In this document: one piece after another, positions 32,378-40,348 of the stretch
Layout of the letters: every line of letters begins with the position of its first letter
Position numbering within the stretch: the first letter of the stretch is position 1
NCBI GenBank assembly: GCA_040876265.1
Contig: JBBDPN010000001.1
Coordinates: 1 to 51,690 of the forward strand
DNA: 51,690 nucleotides
Direction: 5' to 3'
Source: Candidatus Woykebacteria bacterium
Lineage (GTDB): Bacteria > Patescibacteriota > Microgenomatia > Woykebacterales > RBG-16-39-9b
Translations under genes and position numbers: made by a program
Notes under the pieces: model-generated
The model's database searches: none
What the model was told of the DNA's origin: nothing
What the model saw: only the letters and a program-made list of their open reading frames with translations

Positions 32378-33016
32378 TTACTTCAGTTCCACCTTGCCAC
32401 CAGCTGTTTCCAGTTTCTGTTTGGCTGCATTCGCAGCGTCCTTACCGACACCTTCGAGAACAGTTTTTGGCGCGCCGTCCACCAGATCTTTAGCTTCTTT
32501 CAGACCGAGAGTGGGTACAAGCTCTCTGACAGCTTTGATGACGCTGATTTTGTTGGCGCCACCATCAGCAAGAACCACGTTAAATGTAGTTTGACCTTCA
32601 TCGGCTGCTTCTTCAGCCCCACCGGCTGCGGGAGCCGCGCCGGCAACTGCAATTGGTGCTGCGCTCACCCCAAATTTTTGCTCAAGTGCTTTTACGAGAT
32701 CCGCAAGTTCTAGTACCGAAAGCTTTTCGATATCCTTAATAATTTCCGCGAGCTTTCCACTTACCTTTATTTCCTGCTTCTCTTCTTTTGCAGTTTCTTT
32801 GACCTCCGCGACAACTTCTTTAGCTTCTTCTTTTGATTCTTCAGCCTTTTCGGCCGCTTGGTCTGCTTTTTCTTCAGACTCCGTAGCTTTTTCTTGGGCT
32901 TCTTCGGTTTTTCCTTCGGCCTCTTCTTCAGCCTTTTCCTCGGATTCCTTAGCGCTCGCTGCGGCCTCTTGAGCTTGTTCTTCGCCAGCTGGCGAATTCT
33001 TATCTGCATCGTCCAT
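32378..33016 (-). CDS. rplL: 50S ribosomal protein L7/L12 with acidic N-terminal extension
   Basis: [45 protein letters not shown]. Confidence 0.97.
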   Translation of the reverse strand: MDDADKNSPAGEEQAQEAAASAKESEEKAEEEAEGKTEEAQEKATESEEKADQAAEKAEESKEEAKEVVAEVKETAKEEKQEIKVSGKLAEIIKDIEKLSVLELADLVKALEQKFGVSAAPIAVAGAAPAAGGAEEAADEGQTTFNVVLADGGANKISVIKAVRELVPTLGLKEAKDLVDGAPKTVLEGVGKDAANAAKQKLETAGGKVELK

Positions 33017-33549
33017 TAATTACTAGCACCTCCTTTCTGTTTTTGAACTTGTGATAATACATGTACCAGGTTACGTAAGTTTCCATTTAATACTGAAACG
33101 ATCCCATAGATAGGGGAGTTTAGGCTACCGACTACCTTCGTGTATAGCTCGTCTCTCCCAGGGATTTTGGAAAGATTAATGACTTCTTCTTTTGTAATTT
33201 GGCGCCCTTCGAAAACAGCTGATTTAACTATCGGCAGTTCATATTTTTTAATGAATTCAAAGAGCTTCTTTATTGCCTCGATTGGATCGGCCATAGAAAA
33301 AAGTATAGCGGTAGGGCCTTTGAGATTTTCACTTGGGATTTCTTTCCCAGCTTCTTTTGAAGCCCTCGATACTAAAGTATTTTTGGCTACAGTGAAGTCT
33401 CCCTGTATGGGTTTGAGTTCGCGTTTTAATTCCTGCATTTGGGAGACGGAAAGACCGTGGTAGTCGGTTATTACTACACCGTTACTGTCTTCAAATCTTG
33501 TTTTGAGCTTTTCAACTGATTCTTCTTTTTGCGTTCTAGTTTTTGCCAT
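33016..33549 (-). CDS. rplJ: 50S ribosomal protein L10
   Basis: [20 protein letters not shown]. Confidence 0.97.
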   Translation of the reverse strand: MAKTRTQKEESVEKLKTRFEDSNGVVITDYHGLSVSQMQELKRELKPIQGDFTVAKNTLVSRASKEAGKEIPSENLKGPTAILFSMADPIEAIKKLFEFIKKYELPIVKSAVFEGRQITKEEVINLSKIPGRDELYTKVVGSLNSPIYGIVSVLNGNLRNLVHVLSQVQKQKGGASN

Positions 33550-33574
33550 ACTTCAGATCCTTTCAGGATAAATG

Positions 33575-33732
33575 AAAAAACCTCGTTTCCACCGAGGTTT
33601 TAGTTTGAAGATTTAAGTTTTAAGATTACTTTTACGCTTTAAAACTTACTTCTTACAACTTATAGCTAACTTGCCTCGGTAGGTCTGCCGATCGGCGGAT
33701 TAATTCTTTCCGAAACCTACTGTCTTTGGACT
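33575..33732 (-). promoter_or_regulatory. L10 leader (rplJ autoregulatory element) with terminator hairpin
   Basis: CCAAAGACAGTAGG...TTAAT...CCTACCGAGG, then AAAACCTCGGTGGAAACGAGGTTTTTT; a 7-nt-period tract (33601-33672) lies between them. Confidence 0.75.
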
Positions 33733-33750
33733 GTCGGTAGTATACCGACC

Positions 33751-34584
33751 TTATTTTTCCTTGTCAACTGGTTCTGGGTTGGGGACAGTTTTTATAGAGG
33801 GACCCATAGTTGAGGAGAGGAAGATGTTTTTTATAAATTCTTTCTTTAGTCCTTCAGGTTTAGCTGATTTTATCGCTTCAATAAGTGAGTGCAGATTTTC
33901 CAAAATTTGCTTTTCAGAAAAGCTAGCTTTACCGATTTGAACGTGAATGATAGGGGATTTTTCTGTTTTTATCTCCAATTTACCGCCAGAAAATTCCTGC
34001 AGCGCTTTTAGCGGATCGTCAGTTACAGTGCCGGATTTTGGGTTGGGCATTAGACCTTTCGGTCCAAGTATTTTAGCAACTTTTGCCAGTTTTGCCATCC
34101 AGGCGGAATCGGAAATTATCTTGCCCGCTTCAATTTTCCCAGCTTCAATATTTTTTAGGACTTCTTCGGTACCGATTTCTGCGCCGAGTTTCTTGATTTC
34201 AGCGGTGTTTTTACTTGAAAAAACTAGGATCTTTAGCTTTTTACCAACCTTGTGGGGGAGTGATACTAGGGTTCTGATTTGGTTTTCAGCCTTGTCCGCT
34301 GAAATACCCAGATTTATATGAGCTTCGATTGTAGCGTCAAATTTAGTGTTGGCGGTTTTTTTGATTAGCGCTACTGCTTCGGGGAGAGAGTAATCTTTTG
34401 ATTTATCTAATAGAGAAACCAGCTCCTTAAACCGCCGGCTGCGAACCTTTGGAGGCTTAGTTTTTCCCTTTTTTTCATCTTGGCTCTGGGCTACAACGAC
34501 GGGTTTTTTCTCAATCTCTTCAATTTTCTTTAGATGGGCTTCATCCAGACCTTCCTTAACTTCTGTTTTTCTTTGTTGCCCCAT
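33751..34584 (-). CDS. rplA: 50S ribosomal protein L1
   Basis: KFDATIEAHINLG, LGPKGLMPNPKSGTV, STMGPS; N-terminal extension. Confidence 0.97.
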   Translation of the reverse strand: MGQQRKTEVKEGLDEAHLKKIEEIEKKPVVVAQSQDEKKGKTKPPKVRSRRFKELVSLLDKSKDYSLPEAVALIKKTANTKFDATIEAHINLGISADKAENQIRTLVSLPHKVGKKLKILVFSSKNTAEIKKLGAEIGTEEVLKNIEAGKIEAGKIISDSAWMAKLAKVAKILGPKGLMPNPKSGTVTDDPLKALQEFSGGKLEIKTEKSPIIHVQIGKASFSEKQILENLHSLIEAIKSAKPEGLKKEFIKNIFLSSTMGPSIKTVPNPEPVDKEK

Positions 34585-35009
34585 TATTTCTCGACCTCCA
34601 CGCCCATGCTGTTGGCTACTCCTTCGATTATTTTTTCGGCCGACTCGGATGTATCAGCGTTAAGGTCGGGCATTTTATCAGACGCAATTTTTCCCAATTG
34701 TTCCTTAGAAAGTTTACCCACTTTATCTCTATTGGGTACCCCGGAGCCTTTTTCTAAATTTAAGGTCTTTTTGATCATCTCAGCTACTGGAGGTTTTTTT
34801 GTTAAAAAAGAAAAGGTACGGTCCTCGTACACGTTAATAACGACCGGTAAGACGTTGCCTTTTTCACCCTCCGTTTGCTCGTTGAAGGCTTTGACAAAGT
34901 CCATAATCGGCAAACCATGTTGTCCAAGGGCGGGGCCAACCGGTTGCCCAGCGGTAGCTTCGCCGGCGGGTATATTTAGCTTAATCACTGTTTTTATTTT
35001 TTTAGCCAT
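34584..35009 (-). CDS. rplK: 50S ribosomal protein L11
   Basis: [25 protein letters not shown]. Confidence 0.98.
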   Translation of the reverse strand: MAKKIKTVIKLNIPAGEATAGQPVGPALGQHGLPIMDFVKAFNEQTEGEKGNVLPVVINVYEDRTFSFLTKKPPVAEMIKKTLNLEKGSGVPNRDKVGKLSKEQLGKIASDKMPDLNADTSESAEKIIEGVANSMGVEVEK

Positions 35010-35012
35010 AAT

Positions 35013-35651
35013 TTAAAGTTTGTTAACCTGCAAGAAGTCCAGCTCCACCGGCGTTTCCCGGCCAAAAATACTCACCAAGACTTTTAATTTGCCCTTTTCT
35101 TCGTTTATCTCATCCACCGTACCGATAAAATCAGAGAAGGGACCATCAATTATCTTTACTGCCTCCCCAACGCTAAAGGAAGCTTTGTAAGTCGGCGCCT
35201 CCATTTTCGAAAACTTTTGAATGCTTTCTACCTCAGTTGGATCCAGTGGAGTAGGTTTATTACCGATGCCGACGAACCCAGTAACGCCAGCGGTGGAACG
35301 AACAGCGTACCAGGTTTGATTGTCCAACTTCATCCTCACCAAGACGTAACCAGGGAAAATTCGTTCCCGTATCGTTTGTTTCTTACCCTCCCGGATCTCT
35401 ATCTTTTCTTGGGTGGGTACCATCACTTCCAAAATACGATCGCCAAGGTGGCTAGCCTCGATTTTTTGATTTAGCGTTGCGGCCACTTTATTTTCGTGTC
35501 CAGAGTAAGTGTGGACGACGTACCAATCACCGCCCTTGGCTTTTGAAGGGGTCTCTACCTTATTTTCCGGCGTTTCAGTTTGCTCTGTTGTCACCTGCCG
35601 CTCGGAAACCTTCTTGGTTGTTTTTTCCTTTTTTCCCTTTGCTTTTGCCAT
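35013..35651 (-). CDS. nusG: Transcription factor NusG
   Basis: [28 protein letters not shown] (KOW), [12 protein letters not shown]. Confidence 0.98.
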   Translation of the reverse strand: MAKAKGKKEKTTKKVSERQVTTEQTETPENKVETPSKAKGGDWYVVHTYSGHENKVAATLNQKIEASHLGDRILEVMVPTQEKIEIREGKKQTIRERIFPGYVLVRMKLDNQTWYAVRSTAGVTGFVGIGNKPTPLDPTEVESIQKFSKMEAPTYKASFSVGEAVKIIDGPFSDFIGTVDEINEEKGKLKVLVSIFGRETPVELDFLQVNKL

Positions 35652-35654
35652 GTG

Positions 35655-35840
35655 TTAAAGATTGATGATCCTACTCATAAGCTGTGTCAAAAATAAATCA
35701 AGGCCACCGATCAAGGCAGCAACTATTACGCTTACAATTATAACTGTAAGAGTCATTCTGGTTGCTTCTTGGCGTGTAGGCCAAGTTACTTTCCCAAGCT
35801 CTTCCCAGACTTGAGTGAAATAACTGATTACTTTTGACAT
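35655..35840 (-). CDS. secE: Preprotein translocase SecE
   Basis: ELGKVTWPTR plus one TM; synteny with nusG. Confidence 0.95.
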   Translation of the reverse strand: MSKVISYFTQVWEELGKVTWPTRQEATRMTLTVIIVSVIVAALIGGLDLFLTQLMSRIINL

Positions 35841-35898
35841 GCAGGGGCAAATATTAGCATATGTCAGTGGGTGTGTAAAGCTACATAAACAACCAACT

Positions 35899-35972
35899 TG
35901 GCAGGCCCGGGAGGAATCGAACCTCCAATAGCGGTTTTGGAGACCGCCGTTATGCCGTTTAACTACGGGCCT
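35899..35972 (-). tRNA. tRNA-Trp(CCA)
   Basis: Anticodon loop CTCCAAA; encoded CCA. Confidence 0.95.
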
Positions 35973-35980
35973 AGGGGTAG

Positions 35981-36061
35981 CTACTTAACTTCACGGTGTA
36001 GAGTAGCTTTACGACAATTCTTGCAGAATTTCTTCAGTTCCAACTTGTCCTGAGTGTTCTG
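35981..36061 (-). pseudogene. Second, diverged copy of the rpmG 3' half
   Basis: Encodes [26 protein letters not shown], 22/26 aa and 61/81 nt identical to rpmG codons 29-55; no in-frame 5' half of its own. Confidence 0.85.
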
Positions 36062-36114
36062 ACATAGCCCACGAAGTCCCGATTCAATCGGGAGAAGTGG
36101 TCGCAGGCAGAATA

Positions 36115-36279
36115 CTACTTAATTTCCCTATGCGTTGTAGTTTTCCTACAGTTTCTGCAGAACTTCTTCAATTCTAACTTATCTTGAGTATTCTGCCTAT
36201 TTTTCTCAGTTATGTAATTTTGAGTTTTACATTCGGAACATTCCAATGTAATCAAAATCCGCGGACCTTTTTTTGCCAT
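36115..36279 (-). CDS. rpmG: 50S ribosomal protein L33 (zinc-ribbon type, 54 aa; not in ORF track)
   Basis: [54 protein letters not shown]. Confidence 0.96.
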   Translation of the reverse strand: MAKKGPRILITLECSECKTQNYITEKNRQNTQDKLELKKFCRNCRKTTTHREIK

Positions 36280-36352
36280 CCTTCGTCGATTCCTTTCCTC
36301 AGGATAAATTCCTGAGATTAATTATATGTTTACACCGAGCCATCTAGCGAGG

Positions 36353-36428
36353 TGGAGCCGGCTATCGGATTCGAACCGATGACCTACGGTTTACAAAACC
36401 GCCGCTCTAACCACTGAGCTAAGCCGGC
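36353..36428 (-). tRNA. tRNA-Thr(TGT)
   Basis: Anticodon loop TTTGTAA; encoded CCA. Confidence 0.95.
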
Positions 36429-36477
36429 ACATTCGCTACGCTTAGTATAAACCCGTTTATACTGAACTTAAGTAAAG

Positions 36478-36564
36478 TGGTGCCAGGGGAGGGATTCGAA
36501 CCCCCGAAGGCACAAGGCCGTCTGATTTACAGTCAGATGCGTTTGGCCGCTTCGCTACCCTGGC
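36478..36564 (-). tRNA. tRNA-Tyr(GTA)
   Basis: Anticodon loop CTGTAAA; long variable arm; encoded CCA. Confidence 0.95.
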
Positions 36565-36573
36565 ACAAAATTC

Positions 36574-36648
36574 TGGAGCCGACACTGGGGATTGAACCCA
36601 GGACCTCGTTCTTACCAAGAACGCGCTCTGCCACTGAGCTATGTCGGC
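36574..36648 (-). tRNA. tRNA-Thr(GGT)
   Basis: Anticodon loop TTGGTAA; encoded CCA. Confidence 0.95.
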
Positions 36649-36782
36649 ACAATTTAAGTCGGTGGAAATTATATCAGATACCTTTTACTTGTTCAATTTA
36701 CTAGAGTAACGTTACTAATCAACCTCTTTAAATTCTAACTGTAGGTTGGACAAAGCTCATTTCAAAGTAATATAATAGCCTT

Positions 36783-37172
36783 GTGGAAACAGCAGAGCCT
36801 AAAGTTCTCCTCATTGATGACGACCCCACTTTTGTTGATATCGCTGTGAGGGCTTTCAAAAATACGACTATAAACTACGCAACAGCGTTCAATGGCATAG
36901 AAGCGATAGAAAAGGCAAAAAGTGAAAAGCCGGCTCTAATTTTACTTGATATTATGATGCCTGGTATAGATGGATTTGCTGTCCTGAATAAATTGAGACA
37001 GGATCCGGGGACTGCTAAAATTCCAGTTTGGATGCTTACTAATTTGCCCGGAGAAATGAATAAAGAATTAGCAGCCTCTATGGGGGCAAGTGAATACTTG
37101 GTAAAAGCCGACAACCCGCCAAGTAAATTTTGCGAAAAAATACAGTCATTCTTAGCCTCCGTTCAACATTAA
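36783..37172 (+). CDS. Single-domain response regulator (receiver)
   Basis: LLIDDD, LLDIMMPGIDG (phospho-Asp), MLTN, YLVK; TGGACA-18-TATAAT ends 6 nt before GTG. Confidence 0.93.
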   Translation: METAEPKVLLIDDDPTFVDIAVRAFKNTTINYATAFNGIEAIEKAKSEKPALILLDIMMPGIDGFAVLNKLRQDPGTAKIPVWMLTNLPGEMNKELAASMGASEYLVKADNPPSKFCEKIQSFLASVQH

Positions 37173-37199
37173 AGACACCACGAACTCACTTTTGAAAAT

Positions 37200-37241
37200 A
37201 AAAAAAGACTCTGGTCCACTGGTTGGTGAAGAGTCTTTTTT
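37200..37241. terminator. Probably bidirectional intrinsic terminator
   Basis: AAAAAGACTCT (37202-37212) and AGAGTCTTTTT (37230-37240), T runs on both strands. Confidence 0.7.
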
Positions 37242-37425
37242 ACCCTCTAGTTTGATTATTCCACCCTGCATAAAAGGGGGCTTAGTCGGCTTTCCTCCGG
37301 TCTGTAAGGTGGGAACTCTGCCGTCTACTCCAAGGAGTAAACGGACTCCGAGTCAACCCTATTATGAAGGAAAACGAGGAAGATAGCCTCAAAGCCGATT
37401 TCCCTTCGCAGGGGGTCTTGCGACC
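37200..37425 (-). ncRNA. Candidate structured ncRNA, 6S-like rod
   Basis: TTGATA-17-TTTAAT promoter at 37460-37432; nested stems across 37264-37413 with G-U pairs on the minus strand only; terminator downstream. Confidence 0.5.
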
Positions 37426-37487
37426 ATCTTTATTAAAGCACAATTTTACCTTTATATCAAGTGTCAATCGAACTCTAGACTGTTTGA

Positions 37488-38222
37488 TTAAAAACTCGTA
37501 CCGATGAAAAGATTTAAAAGGATACTTAGTATCGCACTGATGATGGGGGATACTAATTGAAAAAAGAAGAATATAAAGATAATTAATATTATTGGACCGT
37601 ATCTTTCCAAAGCAGCTAACTGAAGCGCAGTTTCTTTGGGTACGATACCGACGACTATTTTAAACCCGTCTAACGGGGGGATCGGTAGTAGGTTGAAAAT
37701 ACCCAAGATAAGATTTAACACTACGATTATCGCTAATATAAAGAAAATTAAAGAAAATACGTTGCCGCCAATAAGATCAAAAAGGCTGGACCATTGTCCT
37801 CCAAGAGCCAGATTAATTATTGTAGTTTTTTCTAATGATGAAATAGGTAGCAAACGGCTAAAAAATCCAACAATACCCGCTAAAGCAAAATTTGATGCTG
37901 GTCCGGCAAAAGCTACTAAAGCCGAATCCTGCCTAGGACGAGAAAAATTTAAGGGGTTTATTGGTGTTGGTTTAGCCCACCCAAAAATAAATCCAGTGAG
38001 AACTAATAGAACCAAAGGCACTATTATGGTCCCGATTGGATCGATATGTGCTCCTGGGTTTATGGTCATCCGACCGAGAAGTCGAGCCGTTGGGTCGCCG
38101 AGCTTATTGGCAACATACGCATGAGAAGCCTCATGCATAGAAATCACCAGGCTGACAATTGCCATCAAAGTAAGGACACTGATAAAGATCACTATTGGGT
38201 TTGACAGATCGAAATTTATCAT
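37488..38222 (-). CDS. Site-2 protease (M50)
   Basis: MHEASHA (HExxH), AGPASN, FNLLPIPPLDG. Confidence 0.95.
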   Translation of the reverse strand: MINFDLSNPIVIFISVLTLMAIVSLVISMHEASHAYVANKLGDPTARLLGRMTINPGAHIDPIGTIIVPLVLLVLTGFIFGWAKPTPINPLNFSRPRQDSALVAFAGPASNFALAGIVGFFSRLLPISSLEKTTIINLALGGQWSSLFDLIGGNVFSLIFFILAIIVVLNLILGIFNLLPIPPLDGFKIVVGIVPKETALQLAALERYGPIILIIFIFFFFQLVSPIISAILSILLNLFIGTSF

Positions 38223-38293
38223 TTACCCAAACAGTATATCATCTCAAAGGTAGATATTTACATTGTTTTGCTCATGTTGTAGAATAGCTCACT

Positions 38294-38533
38294 ATGCGTA
38301 TTTGTGATCGTTGTGGAAAAGGTGCGCAGGTTGGGATGAATGTATCCCACAGCCACATCCGCACTAAAAAAAGAAGCTTCCCAAACTTACACCTTTTTAC
38401 CATGAAAGAGGCTGGAAAAAAGCGTAGGTTGTCTTTCTGCACCAAGTGTCTGCGTATTGTTAAAAAAGAGCAGTCAGATAAACTCCAAAAGTCTTCAAAG
38501 GTGGAAAAAGAAGTAATTGCCTTACCAGTTTAA
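38294..38533 (+). CDS. rpmB: 50S ribosomal protein L28
   Basis: CDRCGKG...VSHSHIRTKKRSFPNL...CTKCLR. Confidence 0.95.
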   Translation: MRICDRCGKGAQVGMNVSHSHIRTKKRSFPNLHLFTMKEAGKKRRLSFCTKCLRIVKKEQSDKLQKSSKVEKEVIALPV

Positions 38534-39826
38534 AGTAAAGTCTTTGTGCCCAGCCTTGAATTCCTTTACAGTCACCGGGTTTTTGCCTTCCAGCTGAAGT
38601 TTATTTCCAGGTAAAAGTTTTAAGATCTTCCCGTTGTATTTTGTCCACACACCTGGCCACGGGTAATAAGCGCGTATTATTAGTTCAAGATTTTGGGGTG
38701 GTTTTTTCCAGTTTATGAGTCCATCTTCCTTACGAATTATTTTGGTATAAGTAGCTAATTTGTGATTTTGCGGTTTGGCCTTAATTTTCTCAAGATGGGC
38801 AAGGTGCAGGATGTGAAGTATGAATTTTGAACTCAAATCAGCAAGTTTTTTGGAAAGAGATTGCGCCGTGTCTTTTGTTGAGATCCGTATCCTGGCTGTG
38901 CCCAAAATATCGCCCTCGTCCATTTTTTCGTTCATTTTTATGATCGTGACACCAGTAGATTTATCTCCAGCCAAAATTGCGGACCCAATAGGTGAAGGAC
39001 CCCGATATTTTGGTAGGATGGAGGGGTGGACGTTTATAGACCCTTTTTTTGGTACTTCCAGTATTTCTTTAGGAATTATTTTTCCGTATGAGGCTAAAAC
39101 GATAAAATCTGGATTTAGAGATTTTAATTTTGAGACGAACTTTTTATTCCCTTTCAAAGATGCTGGAGTGTCAATGTTTAAATTAAATTCAGTTGCAATA
39201 AGCTTAACCAGCGAGCTGGTGCTCGTCTTGCCACGACCGGCTGGTGCATCCGGAGCGGTTATAACCAGAGGGATCTCAACTTCGCCTACAAATTGCTGAC
39301 CATAAAGTGTCTTTAGTATTGGCACTGCAAATTCTGAAGTGCCAAAGTAAACAATTTTGATTGGTTTATAGGTGTAAAGCTTATTTTTATCTACAATGTG
39401 ACTGGTATAGAAAGTGGAAGAGAGGTGATCGTATTCATGTTGGACAATTCTAGCGTAGTAGCCTGCAAGTATGGCCCTTTTCTTCTTTCCGTGGATATCT
39501 ATATAATCGATTTCGATCCCCGTTGAACGGGAAACCAGACCTCTCACTCCTGGTACCGAGAGACAGCCTTCTTCCACCTCATCTGCTTCTTTCTCTCGCT
39601 TGATTATTTTGGGGTTGATAAAGGTTTCCTTCAGTTCTCCATAATCGACAATAAAAAGCCGCAGTGGTTGGCCGATTTGGGGCGCGGCTAGGCCAACTCC
39701 GCTGGTAAGCTCGAGTGTTTCTTGCATATCTTTCACCAACTGTTTCAACTGGGGCGATATAGCCTTGATACTTTGAAATTTTTGCTTCCAGATCTTTCCT
39801 CTGTGTCTATAAAGCTTTAATATCAT
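38522..39826 (-). CDS. def-fmt: Peptide deformylase / methionyl-tRNA formyltransferase fusion
   Basis: GVGLAAPQIG, EGCLS, QHEYDHL; then IVYFGTSEFA, INVHPSILPKYRGPSPI, MDEGDI in a single frame. Confidence 0.92.
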   Translation of the reverse strand: MILKLYRHRGKIWKQKFQSIKAISPQLKQLVKDMQETLELTSGVGLAAPQIGQPLRLFIVDYGELKETFINPKIIKREKEADEVEEGCLSVPGVRGLVSRSTGIEIDYIDIHGKKKRAILAGYYARIVQHEYDHLSSTFYTSHIVDKNKLYTYKPIKIVYFGTSEFAVPILKTLYGQQFVGEVEIPLVITAPDAPAGRGKTSTSSLVKLIATEFNLNIDTPASLKGNKKFVSKLKSLNPDFIVLASYGKIIPKEILEVPKKGSINVHPSILPKYRGPSPIGSAILAGDKSTGVTIIKMNEKMDEGDILGTARIRISTKDTAQSLSKKLADLSSKFILHILHLAHLEKIKAKPQNHKLATYTKIIRKEDGLINWKKPPQNLELIIRAYYPWPGVWTKYNGKILKLLPGNKLQLEGKNPVTVKEFKAGHKDFTLNW

Positions 39827-40069
39827 GTTTGTTTACCCTTTTGTAGGTTTCTTATTCATTTTTGCACTTTTTCAAGTTCACTCAATTTTCATATAAGATC
39901 GCTCGTATTCTATGCCTCTTTCAGAGCCGAATACTCCGCGTCTTTAGTGGAAATTGTTCAGATTTTATTTAGTTTCATCCTCAAGTTGTTGCAACTCCCA
40001 CATCACCTCGCTCCATAGTGCGAAACACTTTGTTTCTTAATATTCTCGCGGCTGGTCTGGAAATTGGTC

Positions 40070-40348
40070 TCACGTTTTATTTTTTGACTCTTTTCCTAGT
40101 TCGACCAATTTCCACATGAACAGCTTGCCGCGGTTTACGCTTTTTGTATTGTAATCTATGGCGAATATTCTAGCCCTTTCAAGCAAAGGCCGGGCTTTTT
40201 CCTTCGCTAGTTTTATATACAGTGCTTTGTGACGTTTGTCGTGAAGCTGCTCAGAAATCCAGATCCCATATTCCTGAAACTCGTGCCTTGCTCTGGGCTT
40301 TCCTTGCTTCTCCATTTTTTCCTTGAGGATCTGCTTAATTGATTTCAT
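40070..40348 (-). CDS. Hypothetical basic protein
   Basis: 92-aa ORF overlapping the end of the upstream gene; no family recognised. Confidence 0.7.
   Translation of the reverse strand: MKSIKQILKEKMEKQGKPRARHEFQEYGIWISEQLHDKRHKALYIKLAKEKARPLLERARIFAIDYNTKSVNRGKLFMWKLVELGKESKNKT

Noticed and set aside
39827-40069. Possible decayed four-helix-bundle gene (minus-strand frame YGAR*CGELQQL)
   Set aside because: Resemblance limited to a few residues with several stops; cannot be supported without a profile search.
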